64,000 nucleotides of DNA from an uncultured delta proteobacterium (GCA_963771175.1 CAVYSY010000026.1:384001-448000); one strand, 5' to 3'; positions 40,023 through 50,794 are shown, counted from the first letter of the stretch. The notes: a model not told the origin generated them from the sequence alone. Made by a program: numbers and translations.

Positions 40023-42282
40023 GCGGGGAGTCGGGCGCGGCGGTGCACGTGCTCGGCATCCGGCACCACGGCCCGGGCTGCGCGCGCAGCGTGCGCGCCG
40101 CGCTCGAAGCGGCTGCAGCCCGGACGCGGTGCTCATCGAGGGCCCGCCGGACGCGGACGCACGTGCTCCCGCTCGCGGCGCCACGCGGAGATGAAGCCGC
40201 CGGTGGCGCTGCTCGTCTACGCGCGTGGACCGGCCGGCGCGGGCCGTCTTCTACCCCTTCGCCGTCTTCTCGCCGGAGTGGCAGGCCATCCAGTACGCGC
40301 TGGAGCGCAACCTCCCGGTGCGCTTCATGGACCTCCCGCAGACCCACCGGCTGACCGCGCCGAGGAGGAGGAGCCCGGAAAGGTCGAGGCCGGAGAGGCG
40401 CCGGGCTCGCCCCGGGCGGACCCGCTCGGGGCGCTCGCCGCGGCGGCGGGCTACGAGGACGGCGAGCTGTGGTGGGAGCAGGTCAGGTCGAGCAGCGCCG
40501 GGCCCGCCGGGACGTCTTCGAGGCCGTGCTGGAGGCCATGACCGCCCTGCGCGAGGGAGAGGGCGAGCCTGCCAACCGCGCGAGGCCCGGCGCGAGGCCC
40601 ACATGCGTCAGAGCATCCGCGCGGCGAAGAAGGACGGCTTCCAGCGGCGTCGCCGTCGTGTGCGGCGCGTGGCACGCCCCGGCGCTGCGTGCAGCAGCGG
40701 CCCGCTCGCGAGGACGACGCCCTCCTGCAAGGGTCTGCCGAAGGCGAAGGTGGCGGCCACGTGGATTCCGTGGACGTACTGACCGGCTCAGCTGGCGCAG
40801 CGGGTACGGCGCGGGCGTGGAGTCGCCCGGGTGGTACGCGCACCTGTGGCACACGCCCCGTCGCCCGGTGACGTCCTGGGCCACGCGCATCGCGCACCTG
40901 CTCCGCGACGAGGGGCTGGACGCCTCCTCGGCGAACGTCATCGAGACGGTGCGGCTCGCCGAGGCGCTCGCGGCCCTGCGGGGCCTCTCCACCGTGGGAC
41001 TGTCGGAGCTGCGAGACGCCGCGCTCACCGTGCTCTGCGGCGGGGATCGCGACCCCGCTGGCACTCGTCCACGAGAAGCTCGAGGTCGGCACCGGGCTGG
41101 GTGAGGTTCCCTCCGAGGCGCCCTCCGTCCCGCTCGCCCGGGACCTGCGCCGCACTGCAGAAGTCGCTGCGCCTGCCGCCCTCCTCCGAGAGCAAGTTGC
41201 AGGAGCTGGACCTGCGCAAGGACATGGACCGGGAGCGGAGCCGGCTGCTGCACCGCCTGCGGCTGCTCGACATTCCCTGGGGCACGCCGGAGGAGGACCG
41301 CCGGAGCTCGACGGGCACCTTCCGCGAGACGTGGCGCCTGAAATGGGAGCCCGAGCTGGCCGTGCGCGTCGTCGAGGCGAGCCTCTGCGGCAACACGGTG
41401 GAGTCGGCGGCCTCGGGGCGCGTGGTGGCCCGCGCCACGGATGCGACGGAGCTCGGCACGCTGACGGCCCTGCTCGATGCGGCCCTGCTCGCGGAGCTGC
41501 CCGCCGCCATCGACACGGTGCTCCGCCACGTGCAGGTGCTCTCGACGCGCTCGGCGGATGTCCCGAAGCTGCTCGAAGCCTTCCCGGCCCTGGCGCACGC
41601 GGTCCGCTACGGCAGCGTCCGCGAGACGCCCACCGGCCCCATCCTCGCCATCGCCGACGGACTGTTCGAGCGCATCCTCATCGGACTGCCCGGCGCGTGC
41701 GTCTCGCTCGATGACGAGGCCGCGCACACGCGCCGTGACCAGGTGCGCGCCATGCACGCCGCGGTGGCGCTGCTGGAGGGAGGCGAGCGCGGAGAGGAGT
41801 GGGCGGAGGCCCTGGGACAACTCGTGCACCGGGACGCCGTGCACGGGCTCGTGCGCGGGGCCGCGCTGCGGCTGCGGGTGGAGCTCGGGCGGGTGGAGGA
41901 CGGAGAGCTGGGGACCCTCGCCCGGAGGGCGCTGTCCACGGCCGTGCCTCCCGCCGAAGCGGCGTCGTGGCTGGAGGGGCTCGTCTCGGGGAGCGCGCTG
42001 CTGCTCCTGCACCGACAGGAGCTCTGGTCGGCGCTCGACGGGTGGCTCGCGAGCCTCGCGCGGGAGTCCTTCATCGAGCACCTCCCGCTGGTGCGGCGCG
42101 CCTTCGCCGACTTCAGCACCTCCGAGCGGCGCGCCATGGGAGAGCGGGTCAAGCAGCTCGCCTCCGCACCGGCGCAGGGGGGCGCGAAGGCGGTCACGGA
42201 AGAGCTGGAGCCGGAGCGAGTGGCGCGGGTGCTGCCTGTGCTGTCCACCATCCTGGGGGTGCGAATTGGCGAAGTCGGCTGA
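40019..42282 (+). CDS. yehM: DUF5682/YehM-like protein; heavily frameshifted 5' half
   Basis: VLGIRHHGPGCARS, YPFAVFSPEWQA, REAHMRQ, VCGAWH, SGYGAGVESPGWY, GTFRETWRLKWEPE. Confidence 0.85.
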
Positions 42283-43423
42283 AGAGGAGCGGCTGGAGCG
42301 CTGGCGGCTCGTCCTGGGCGAGCCCGCGCAGGGAACGCTGGGAGCGGCCCTCGGGGAGACCGAGCTGCGCATGGACCGGGCCCTCGCGGCGCTGTACGAC
42401 TCCGAGCGCAAGGCGGGCCTGGGAGGCTCCTCGCCGCACGTGGCGCGCTGGCTGGGCGACATCCGCGAGTACTTCCCCTCCTCCGTCGTGCGCGTCATGC
42501 AGGAGGATGCGATGACGCGGCTCGGGCTCACGGAGATGCTGCTGCAGCCGGAGATGCTCGAGGCGGTGGAGCCGGACGTGCAGCTGGTGGCGACGCTGCT
42601 CTCGCTGCGCAAGGTCATCCCCCAGAAGACGAAGGAGACGGCGCGCAAGGTGGTGCGCAAGGTGGTCGAGGACCTGGAGCGGCGCCTGCGAGCCCCAACG
42701 GAGCAGGCCGTGCGTGGCGCGCTGTCGAGGTCCTCGCGCACGCGCCGGCCGAGGGCCGCGGAGATCGACTGGGACCGGACGATGCGGGCCAACCTGCGCA
42801 ACTACCAGCCGGAGCGGAAGTCCGTGGTGGTGGAGAAGCTGGTGGGCCACGGGCGCAGGCGCTCCAGCCTGCGGGACATCGTGCTGTGCATCGACCAGAG
42901 CGGCTCCATGGCCGCCTCGGTCGTCTATTCGAGCATCTTCGGTGCGGTGCTCGCCTCGCTGCGCGCGGTGACCACGCGCATGGTGGTCTTCGACACCGCG
43001 GTGGTGGACCTGACCGAGGAGCTGCTCGGATCCGGTGGACCTGCTGTTCGGCACCCAGCTCGGCGGCGGCACGGACATCAACCGGGCGCTCGCGTACTGC
43101 CAGCAGATCGTCACCCGGCCGGCGCAGACGATCCTCGTGCTCATCACGGACCTGTACGAGGGAGGCAACGCGCAGCGGATGCTCCAGCGGGCGCGCGGAG
43201 CTGGTGCGCAGTGGCGTGGTGGTCATCTGCCTGCTGTCGCTGAGCGACCAGGGGACTCCGGCCTACGACAGCCACCACGCCGCGCAACTGGCGGCCCTGG
43301 GCATCCCCACCTTCGCCTGCACGCCGGACCAGTTCCCGGAGCTGATGGCGGCGGCCATCCAGCGACAGGACATCGGCACCTGGGCCTCGCGCCAGCGACA
43401 TCCAGCTCGCGCGCTCGGGGTGA
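42266..43423 (+). CDS. yehP: VWA domain (CoxE-like) protein (YehP-like); frameshifts near 43030, 43195, 43400
   Basis: RWRLVLG, RWLGDIREYFP, CIDQSGSM (MIDAS), GGGTDI, LITDLYEGG. Confidence 0.88.
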
Positions 43424-43427
43424 GGGC

Positions 43428-44261
43428 TCAGACGAGGTGGGCCACCTCCACGTCGAAGCGCTTCACCTTGCGCGCCGCGAGGAACTGGTACAGCCGCTGG
43501 GAGATGAGCAGCAGGGGAAGAGGACGGTAGGCACCCAGGCGCGGGCCCACTGCCTGGCGCGTGCACAGCCAGTCCGCCTCGCCCACGCTGGACCGCTGGA
43601 CGTAGAGCTCGGAGAGGACGTCAAATCCGACCACGTGCCCCTCCGGGCAACGGGCCGCGTCCGGCTCCGGCACGAAGAAGTCGGCTCCCACCCGAGTCTG
43701 GGGCGCCAGCTCCACCTGGCACTCGGGCAGCAGCAACTGATACCAGTCTGGAGTCGGCTTGCCCTGTCGGCTCACCACGGGACCCAGCTCGTAGCCACGG
43801 ATGCCCGCGGCCTTCAGTGCCTCGGCCAACCGCGCCGACACCACGAGTTCTCCACCCAGGGTCCGGGCGATGTCCCTCTTGGGTATCCGCTTCAACTCCA
43901 GGTGCAGCGGGCCGACTTGCCTGGCGCCGAAACCACACTTCGGACAGGCTTTCGTTTCGTCGTACACCGTGCCGCAGTCCTCTCCCGTTGGCTCGAAGAA
44001 GGGGCGCACGCGAAGCCACAAAAACCTGGCCTCCTGCAGCTCCCTCTGCGTGTACTTCCTGTGGATCTCCCAGTAGGTCACCGCGATCGAGTCCTGCCTG
44101 CGTTTTTCCTGCTCATGCTGGCGTATCTGCTCGACGAGTGGGTCGTCCAATCCAAGCAACACCCGTCGTGACAAGCCTCTCTCCCGTCCCACGGTAGGAG
44201 GGAGAAACTGTCTCGCCTCGTCCGCGAACAGCCGCACCTCGATGATTTCCCGCATACTCAA
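43428..44261 (-). CDS. Putative cognate immunity protein (SitI-like, CxxCG)
   Basis: Overlaps the toxin stop (ATGA); ACPKCG, LVVSARL, LLLISQRLY. Confidence 0.7.
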   Translation of the reverse strand: MSMREIIEVRLFADEARQFLPPTVGRERGLSRRVLLGLDDPLVEQIRQHEQEKRRQDSIAVTYWEIHRKYTQRELQEARFLWLRVRPFFEPTGEDCGTVYDETKACPKCGFGARQVGPLHLELKRIPKRDIARTLGGELVVSARLAEALKAAGIRGYELGPVVSRQGKPTPDWYQLLLPECQVELAPQTRVGADFFVPEPDAARCPEGHVVGFDVLSELYVQRSSVGEADWLCTRQAVGPRLGAYRPLPLLLISQRLYQFLAARKVKRFDVEVAHLV

Positions 44262-45646
44262 AAATGAACTCCGGGGAGAGGATATCTGGCGTAGACCTTC
44301 TTCATGATTGCCAACACCACGTCGAGCCGTGGCGGTCTGTTTCCATAACCCGCCATGCGCCGGAACTCATTGGTGATGAGTTGGTGATAGGCAGGGTCCA
44401 GGTTGACGGTGGGTCCGTTGTCCGGCCCGCCGAGGTAGCGAGGGTGGATGTGATGATTCTGCGGGGGGCCGCCGGCCAGGTGGGGAAAGGCCTTGCGTGC
44501 CTCCTGCATGCCCTTGTCGTACAGGGCCCGCGCCGCCTTCGCGTCGAGCGGTGGTGGCGCGGACATCAGGACGAGGGCGCCCGCGCCGCTCCCCAGCGCG
44601 GTGCTCACCGTTCCCACCGGCACGGCCACCTCCTCCACGGCCAGCAGGCCCTGGGCGCCAAGCCGCAACACTGGCAGCCGCACCCCAGCGCCGGCCATGC
44701 GCACTCCTGTTCCCGCCGCTCCTCCCGCCAGCATGAGCAGGTGCGTCGACAGCCGAGAGGCCTCCCGGACCTGCTCGCGCAGCGGCCTGTCTCCGTAGCG
44801 GGCAAAGTACTCGGGTGAAGACTCGATGAGGGTGGCCACGGTGGTGGGAAGCCGGCGCAGTCCCTCCACCGTGCCCTCCACATCCATCACGCTGGCGGCC
44901 AGGGCGAGTGCCGTCTCCGCGAAGGCCTCCTCGGCACCGTCCAGAGCGGTGTTGACGAGGTCCTTCTCCAGCCCCAGCTCGTCCAGGGGAATGTCGCTGG
45001 AGAGACGGAGCTCATCGTCCAGCGAGTACAAGACGCCACCGCGAGAGAGGTAGAAGCGACCGACGACGAAGTTTCCCGCGACGAGGGCGCCATCCCGCAA
45101 CGCCACGTCCCCCATGCGTTGGGAAGGCTGGCCGGTGGAGGCGGCGGCGAGATACCCGTCGGGCCGCATGACGACGAGGGCGAGGAATCGTTCGCACAGG
45201 GGGCGCAGCTCGGAGGCGGGCAACTGCCGGCCCTGCGCCAGGGCATGGCGCAGCAGCCATGCGAGGGCGGTGCGTGGAGCGAAGGTGCGAAGTGACAGCG
45301 GCTCCCTGGCGAGCCAGGACCACAGGGCAAGGGCCTGCTGGGGCTGCAGGGGGCGACTCGTGACCAGACGCACGTCCTCGTCCACCTGCGCGGACTTCTG
45401 CAGCAAGGTGCAGGTGTCCTGCTCCCGAGGAATGAGCGGGCGGTAGTCCTCCCACCAGGGCGTGGCGGGAGAGGCAGGTTCCGCCAAAGCGGAGGAGGAC
45501 AGCCGCCACGCACTCGGTGGCTGCGTCCGCGCGTGCCCCATGCGCCAGTGCGGGTCCGTGGCGCAGCCGGCCAGCAGGCCGCAGGCGGCCAGAGCCAGCA
45601 GCAGGGCCGTTGCCAGACCTCGGAAAGAAGGAGGGGAGTGCGTCAT
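44258..45646 (-). CDS. SitA-like lipoprotein polymorphic toxin with C-terminal HNH-like nuclease
   Basis: LLAGC lipobox, LVVMRPDGYLA escort-like region, C-terminal NHHIHPRYLGG..AYHQLITNEF. Confidence 0.72.
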   Translation of the reverse strand: MTHSPPSFRGLATALLLALAACGLLAGCATDPHWRMGHARTQPPSAWRLSSSALAEPASPATPWWEDYRPLIPREQDTCTLLQKSAQVDEDVRLVTSRPLQPQQALALWSWLAREPLSLRTFAPRTALAWLLRHALAQGRQLPASELRPLCERFLALVVMRPDGYLAAASTGQPSQRMGDVALRDGALVAGNFVVGRFYLSRGGVLYSLDDELRLSSDIPLDELGLEKDLVNTALDGAEEAFAETALALAASVMDVEGTVEGLRRLPTTVATLIESSPEYFARYGDRPLREQVREASRLSTHLLMLAGGAAGTGVRMAGAGVRLPVLRLGAQGLLAVEEVAVPVGTVSTALGSGAGALVLMSAPPPLDAKAARALYDKGMQEARKAFPHLAGGPPQNHHIHPRYLGGPDNGPTVNLDPAYHQLITNEFRRMAGYGNRPPRLDVVLAIMKKVYARYPLPGVHF

Positions 45647-45693
45647 GCCATGGAGCTGTACTGCGTTGGCCGCCCACACTGGAAGTGGCCTGT

Positions 45694-46650
45694 ATGCGGT
45701 GGATCCGAAAAGGGCTGCTGGATCTGTGCTCTCTTCCGGTCATGCGATCCCAACACTTCAGTCGAACGGCGGTGAAGGTGGCCCGGTTCGTGGCCTGGCT
45801 CGACCGGCAGCCCCGGCTCGCCCCGCTGCTGCCGAAGGGCGCCGCTGCATCCACTGAACGGCTCATGCTCCGGGCGGGGCTGCTGAAGCCCTGGATGCTC
45901 CGGCTCTTCAGCGCACCGTGGTACGGCCGGCTCCTGACCTCCATCGAGAAGCGCACCGTGCCGGGCCAGTCGCTGATGGTTGGGCTGCGCAAGCGCTTCA
46001 TGGACGATGAGACCCGCGCCGCGCTGGCGGGAGGCTCGCGACAGGTGCTGGTCGTCGGAGCGGGACTCGACACGCTGTGCTGGCGGCTGGCCCCCGAGTA
46101 CCCGGACGTCACCTTCGTCGAAGTGGACCACCCGGCCACCCAGGCGGTGAAGCGCGGAGCGCTGGACGCCATGGGGCCCCGGCCTCCGAACCTGCACCTG
46201 CTGGGGGTGGACCTGTCCCGCACTCCCCTGGAGGAGGCCCTCTCGGGACTGCCGGTGTGGCGGAAGGAAGCCTCGAGCGTCGTCATCGCCGAGGCCGTGC
46301 TGATGTACCTGGAAGAAGCCCACGTGTCGGCCTTCCTGATGGCGGTGCACCGATGCACCGGGCCTGGGAGCCGACTGATCTTCACCTACATCCTCAATGA
46401 CTTGAACGGGAAACCCACGACATCAAGGGGCATGCGTTGGGTGATCGATCAATCCTTGCGAGCCGCGGGTGAGCCGCTCCTCTGGAGCGTCCGAGAAGGA
46501 GCGCTGGGCCCTTTCGTGGAGCGGCACGGATTCCGGCTGGACGACTCACCGGAGCGGGTGGACCTGCACCGTCGCTACCTGGTTCCCGCGGGCCTGTCGG
46601 AGCTGTCGGTGCGAAGCATCGAGTTCCCCGCCGTGGCGGAGAAGGTCTGA
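45694..46650 (+). CDS. Class I SAM-dependent methyltransferase (LCM/TIGR00027-like)
   Basis: RKRFMDD, VVGAGLDT, EVDHPATQ, AEAVLMYL. Confidence 0.88.
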   Translation: MRWIRKGLLDLCSLPVMRSQHFSRTAVKVARFVAWLDRQPRLAPLLPKGAAASTERLMLRAGLLKPWMLRLFSAPWYGRLLTSIEKRTVPGQSLMVGLRKRFMDDETRAALAGGSRQVLVVGAGLDTLCWRLAPEYPDVTFVEVDHPATQAVKRGALDAMGPRPPNLHLLGVDLSRTPLEEALSGLPVWRKEASSVVIAEAVLMYLEEAHVSAFLMAVHRCTGPGSRLIFTYILNDLNGKPTTSRGMRWVIDQSLRAAGEPLLWSVREGALGPFVERHGFRLDDSPERVDLHRRYLVPAGLSELSVRSIEFPAVAEKV

Positions 46651-46788
46651 GAGTCGAAAGCCTCGCGCCACGTGAGACCCGGTTCCCACGCGGCGTACGG
46701 CAATGGGATTTCCTTCCCCGCGAGGCACTGGGCAGATCGCACGACCGACCCCACCCTCCCGTGACCAATCCGGATAGGGAGGCAGGGG

Positions 46789-48336
46789 ATGGGAAAGTGG
46801 CGTGGGATGGCGCTGGTCTGTGCGCTGGCGCTGGGGTGTGGCGGGGAGCAGCAGGAGGAAGGCATCCAGGAAGACGAACGTCCGCAAGCCAGCTCACCGG
46901 GCGACGAGGAAAGCGGTGAGCTGAGCGCGCTGTGGGGCCGCCCGGAGCTGGGGACCGCGCGGCTCGTCAAGGACCTCTTCCCGCCAGTGCTCGGGCCCGG
47001 GTGGTTCGGGCCCTTCCCGGAAAGTCTGGTGGAGTTCCGCGGGAAGCTCTTCTTCGCCGCCAACTTCGAGGATGGCCGCCGGGAGCTCTGGAAGAGCAAC
47101 GGGACGACGGCGGGCACCGTGCCGATCAAGAGGTTCCCCCCGCTCTCGGAGTCCTCCTTCGGCTCGATGACGGAGCTGACGCCCGTGGGCTCGCGGCTCT
47201 TCTTCGTGGTGACCGACGAGGCTCATGGCCGCGAGCTGTGGGTCAGCAATGGGACGACGGGCGGGACGCGGCTGGTGAAGGACATCGTGCCGGGACCTGA
47301 TGACGCGGAGCCGTTCAACCTCACGGCCGTGGGGAGCACCCTGCTCTTCTTCCGCTTCATCCCCTCGACCCCGACCACTCCCGAGCGCACCGAGCTGTGG
47401 AGGAGTGACGGCACCGAAGCCGGCACGGTGCGGGTGAAGGACCTGGGGCCCGAGTCGTCCCTGAGCACCTCGAAGGCGCTCTTGGGCAACACGCTCTTCT
47501 TCGTGCTCTCGGACCCGGCCCATGGGACCGAGCTGTGGAAGACCGATGGCACCTCGGCCGGCACGGGGCTCGTCAAGGACATCCTCCCGGGCCCTGACAG
47601 CTCGGGCCCGTTCAACCTGCGGGTCGTGCGCCAGAGCCTCTTCTTCACCATCCTGGATCCCGCCACTGGGACCGGGAGCAGGCTGTGGCGGACCGACGGC
47701 ACCGAGGCGGGCACGAGGTTCGTCCTGGACCTGATTCCGGAGCCGGGTGGCGGCTTCCCGCGGATGCTCGATGCGATTGGAAGCTGCCTGTACTTCTCGG
47801 TGACCGACTTCTCCGACCACCTGCTGCGTCTCTACAGGCTGAAGGATGGCCCCAAGGGCGTCAGCGTGAAGCTCGTCGCCACCCTTCCCAATCCCTTCGC
47901 TGGCGAGCCGGACGCGGAGCCGTTCATCACGACCTCCACCGTCGCGGGCAAGAAGCTCTTCTTCGTGCTCGCCATCTCCACCTCGGGCCCGGCGCCGCGC
48001 GACACCCAGCTCTGGGTGACCGATGGAACGGACTCCGGGACGAAGCTGCTGCACCGGCCGTTGAGCCTGTCCGACGAGTTCGGCTCCACCCTCTTCGCCC
48101 TGGACGACCGAGTCCTCTTCAGTGGCGCCGATGAGTCGGGGAACAACCTGGAGCCCTGGGTGAGCGATGGCTCGGTGAAGGGCACGCGGCGGCTGCAGGA
48201 CATCGCCCGAGGAGAGCCCCCGACCCAGGACTCCTCCTTCCCTCGGGACTTCACCCGCGTGGGCTCGCAGGTCTTCTTCGTCGCCAACGACGTGGTCCAC
48301 GGCAACGAACTCTGGGTCCTCCCGCTGCTGCGCTAG
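46789..48336 (+). CDS. ELWxxDGT repeat lipoprotein
   Basis: ALGC lipobox; repeated ELW(K/R)(S/T)DGTxxGT units. Confidence 0.92.
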   Translation: MGKWRGMALVCALALGCGGEQQEEGIQEDERPQASSPGDEESGELSALWGRPELGTARLVKDLFPPVLGPGWFGPFPESLVEFRGKLFFAANFEDGRRELWKSNGTTAGTVPIKRFPPLSESSFGSMTELTPVGSRLFFVVTDEAHGRELWVSNGTTGGTRLVKDIVPGPDDAEPFNLTAVGSTLLFFRFIPSTPTTPERTELWRSDGTEAGTVRVKDLGPESSLSTSKALLGNTLFFVLSDPAHGTELWKTDGTSAGTGLVKDILPGPDSSGPFNLRVVRQSLFFTILDPATGTGSRLWRTDGTEAGTRFVLDLIPEPGGGFPRMLDAIGSCLYFSVTDFSDHLLRLYRLKDGPKGVSVKLVATLPNPFAGEPDAEPFITTSTVAGKKLFFVLAISTSGPAPRDTQLWVTDGTDSGTKLLHRPLSLSDEFGSTLFALDDRVLFSGADESGNNLEPWVSDGSVKGTRRLQDIARGEPPTQDSSFPRDFTRVGSQVFFVANDVVHGNELWVLPLLR

Positions 48337-48374
48337 CGGCGAAGACCCACGCAACAGCCGATGAATCCCTGAAA

Positions 48375-48408
48375 GGAGGCCCGCGAGCCCTTCGCTTCGC
48401 GGGCCTCC
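48375..48408. terminator. Hairpin between convergent genes (probable bidirectional terminator)
   Basis: ggaggcccgcga..tcgcgggcctcc 12-bp stem; no clear U-tract. Confidence 0.65.
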
Positions 48409-48421
48409 CTGACGGCCGGGC

Positions 48422-48775
48422 CTACCGGGTGAACAGGTTGCGCAGGCAGAGCGCCACGTACACCGCGGAGAGCCCCGCCATGGCGGACTGGGACACGACC
48501 GCCGCGGGCCGTTCGAGCTTCTCACCTCGGAGCAGGGCGGGCAGCCTGACGAGCCCGCGAGCGGCCCCCAGGAAGCCGAGCAACCCAAGGAGCGCCGCGC
48601 CTCCCAGCACCGTCTTCTGGGAGGACCCGCGCCGCTCCAGCAGGCCCAGGCCGAGCGCGGCCGTCCCGAAGCCCGCCGGAATGAGCGCCGTCTTGTGTTG
48701 CGCACCCGTCGCGACGAACCCGCCGACACCGAGCGTCGTCAGCAGGGTCCCATAGCCAAGCGTCCAGTTCTCCAC
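48422..48775 (-). CDS. Small multi-TM protein (TMEM14-like)
   Basis: YGTLLTTLGVGGF..TALIPAGFG; 4 hydrophobic segments. Confidence 0.7.
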   Translation of the reverse strand: MENWTLGYGTLLTTLGVGGFVATGAQHKTALIPAGFGTAALGLGLLERRGSSQKTVLGGAALLGLLGFLGAARGLVRLPALLRGEKLERPAAVVSQSAMAGLSAVYVALCLRNLFTR

Positions 48776-48845
48776 GCCGCACCTCCGGATTCGGAATCAC
48801 CCGGGCCCCCAAGGCCCCGGGGAATCTGGGCACGGTGCGGGCCGG

Positions 48846-50729
48846 TCACCAACTCATGCTGGCCTTCGCGGGGGCGGCGGCCGGCTCCGAGGCAACAGAC
48901 TGCTCGAGGTCACGGAAGCCCTCCTTCTTGGCGCGAACGCGGTACTTGCCCTTGTCCACGTTCTTGAACCGGTAGTTCCCCTGCTCCGTCGTCACGGTCG
49001 ACTGCACGACGCGCCCCTGGTCATCCACGAGCTCCATCATCGTGTTCGCCGACTGACCCTGGCCTCCCTTGAGCGAGAGCTGTCCCTCGATCTCACCGTA
49101 CCGCTGGCGCTGGACCGACTCGCTGTCATGGAAGAAGAGCGAACTCTCCGTCTGCAGCACCTGGCCCTTGGCATCCCGGTATGCGAGCCGGGCCAGGTAG
49201 CGCCCGCGCGGCTTCGCCTTGCCATCACTGCCCTTGCCGTCCCAGGCGAACTCGACCGCGCCGATCTCCCCCTTCCTCGACGTGGAGAACACCTTCGACT
49301 TCGGCTTCGCCTCGCTGCCCTCGCCCACCTCCCAGACCTCGAGCTCGATGGCCCCGCCGGCGCTCGGGTCCGCGAGGTTGCGCAGCGTGATGAGCGTCCG
49401 CTGTGACGCCTCGTCGAAGTTCGCCCCCACCTGGGTCATGAAGACGTTCCCGGCGAACACCTCGAACCGGCGCTTGCTCGTCAGTCCCTTCGCGTTGGTC
49501 GCCACGACGTCCAGGGCGTGCTTGCCGTCCTTCAGCCCCGAGGTGCGCCACGCGTACGTGAGCTTTCCGCCGCAGGCCGAGTGCACCGGGAGGTCATCGA
49601 CGAGCAGCTCGAGCCGGGCGATGCCGCCGGACTGGTTGTCCGTGGCCTCCACCTGGATGTTCATCGTGTCGGTGACGTGCTGGCCGTCCACGAGCCCGTT
49701 CACCGCGATGCTCGCGACGTCGACCGTGACGAGCCCGAGCACGGCCCACATCGTCTCGGCCTTCTCCGCGCCGCCCTGCCCGCTCGAATACGTGCGCCAC
49801 GCGCCGGTCTCGTGCTGGCGCTGCACCAGGTAGCGCATGGCGCGGGAGATGGGCGCGTCCGAGTCCGAGTAGCCAGCGAGCTTGAGCGCGTAGACCGTCT
49901 GGCCCGTGGCGAACGCGTCGCTCTTCCCCTTGTCCAGCCCCCAGCCGCCGTCCTGGTTCTGCCGCTCGAGGAGCATCCGCTGGAGCCGGAGCGAGCCAGG
50001 CTCGGCGCGGCCCACGCCCGAGGCACTCAAGCCGAGAAGCGCGAAGTTGATGTCCTGGAGGTAGACGTCGGCGCCCGAGCGCTGCCACTGGGCACTCGTC
50101 GCGGTGAGGAAGGACTCGGCCTTGCGCAGCGGCGGGAGCCACTTCGCGTCCGCGGTCCTCGCGTAGGCCTGACGCCACGTCTGGGCGGCCTGGAAGGTCG
50201 TCTGCATCGTGCCGCCGGTCACCGGGCGGCGCGCGTCGTCATCCGGGAGGCTGCCGTTGGCCGCCTGCAGCGAGACGAGCTGCTTCGCGTACCGCAGCAG
50301 GTCGTCCGTGAACTTCGCGTCCACCCACTGGTCGTACCGCGCCCAGGCCGAGCCCTCGAACGCGGCGCCCGTCACCCGGCCACCGGCGGTGACTCCGAGC
50401 TTGAGGGCCTTGACCATTGCGTCGATGTCCTTCGGAGCGACGTCGTACTGGTGGTGCTTGCCGGCCGTGAGGGCCTCGAGCGTGACCGCCTGGACGTGAC
50501 ACCCGAAGCACCCGTGCTGCGCCGTCCACTGCGCGCTGGAGCGGGAGAGGTAGCCAAGCCCCTTGTGGGCGGCCTCGCGGGCCTTCGGGTCTCCCCGGGA
50601 CGCGGCCACCTGCTGGGGCTGGATGTCGCACTTGGGAGGTGCGGCGGGGGGCTGGGGGACAGGGGGAGTCCCCGCGAGCGCGGGAGCGGACAGCGCGAGG
50701 CAAAGCGCGGCCAGGGTCAGTCGGGCCAT
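48846..50729 (-). CDS. Exported prenyltransferase/squalene-cyclase-repeat protein with Ig, FlgD-like and carboxypeptidase-regulatory domains
   Basis: Signal peptide, CFGCH, QW-like repeats LERQNQDGGW and LVQRQHETGAW, FAWDGKGSDG, TTEQGNYRFKNVDKGKY. Confidence 0.8.
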   Translation of the reverse strand: MARLTLAALCLALSAPALAGTPPVPQPPAAPPKCDIQPQQVAASRGDPKAREAAHKGLGYLSRSSAQWTAQHGCFGCHVQAVTLEALTAGKHHQYDVAPKDIDAMVKALKLGVTAGGRVTGAAFEGSAWARYDQWVDAKFTDDLLRYAKQLVSLQAANGSLPDDDARRPVTGGTMQTTFQAAQTWRQAYARTADAKWLPPLRKAESFLTATSAQWQRSGADVYLQDINFALLGLSASGVGRAEPGSLRLQRMLLERQNQDGGWGLDKGKSDAFATGQTVYALKLAGYSDSDAPISRAMRYLVQRQHETGAWRTYSSGQGGAEKAETMWAVLGLVTVDVASIAVNGLVDGQHVTDTMNIQVEATDNQSGGIARLELLVDDLPVHSACGGKLTYAWRTSGLKDGKHALDVVATNAKGLTSKRRFEVFAGNVFMTQVGANFDEASQRTLITLRNLADPSAGGAIELEVWEVGEGSEAKPKSKVFSTSRKGEIGAVEFAWDGKGSDGKAKPRGRYLARLAYRDAKGQVLQTESSLFFHDSESVQRQRYGEIEGQLSLKGGQGQSANTMMELVDDQGRVVQSTVTTEQGNYRFKNVDKGKYRVRAKKEGFRDLEQSVASEPAAAPAKASMSW

Positions 50730-50794
50730 GGAAACCTCCGGAGGGATGCGATGCCGGGGTTAACGGCCGACGGGCGAAATCGGTCTACCAGGTG

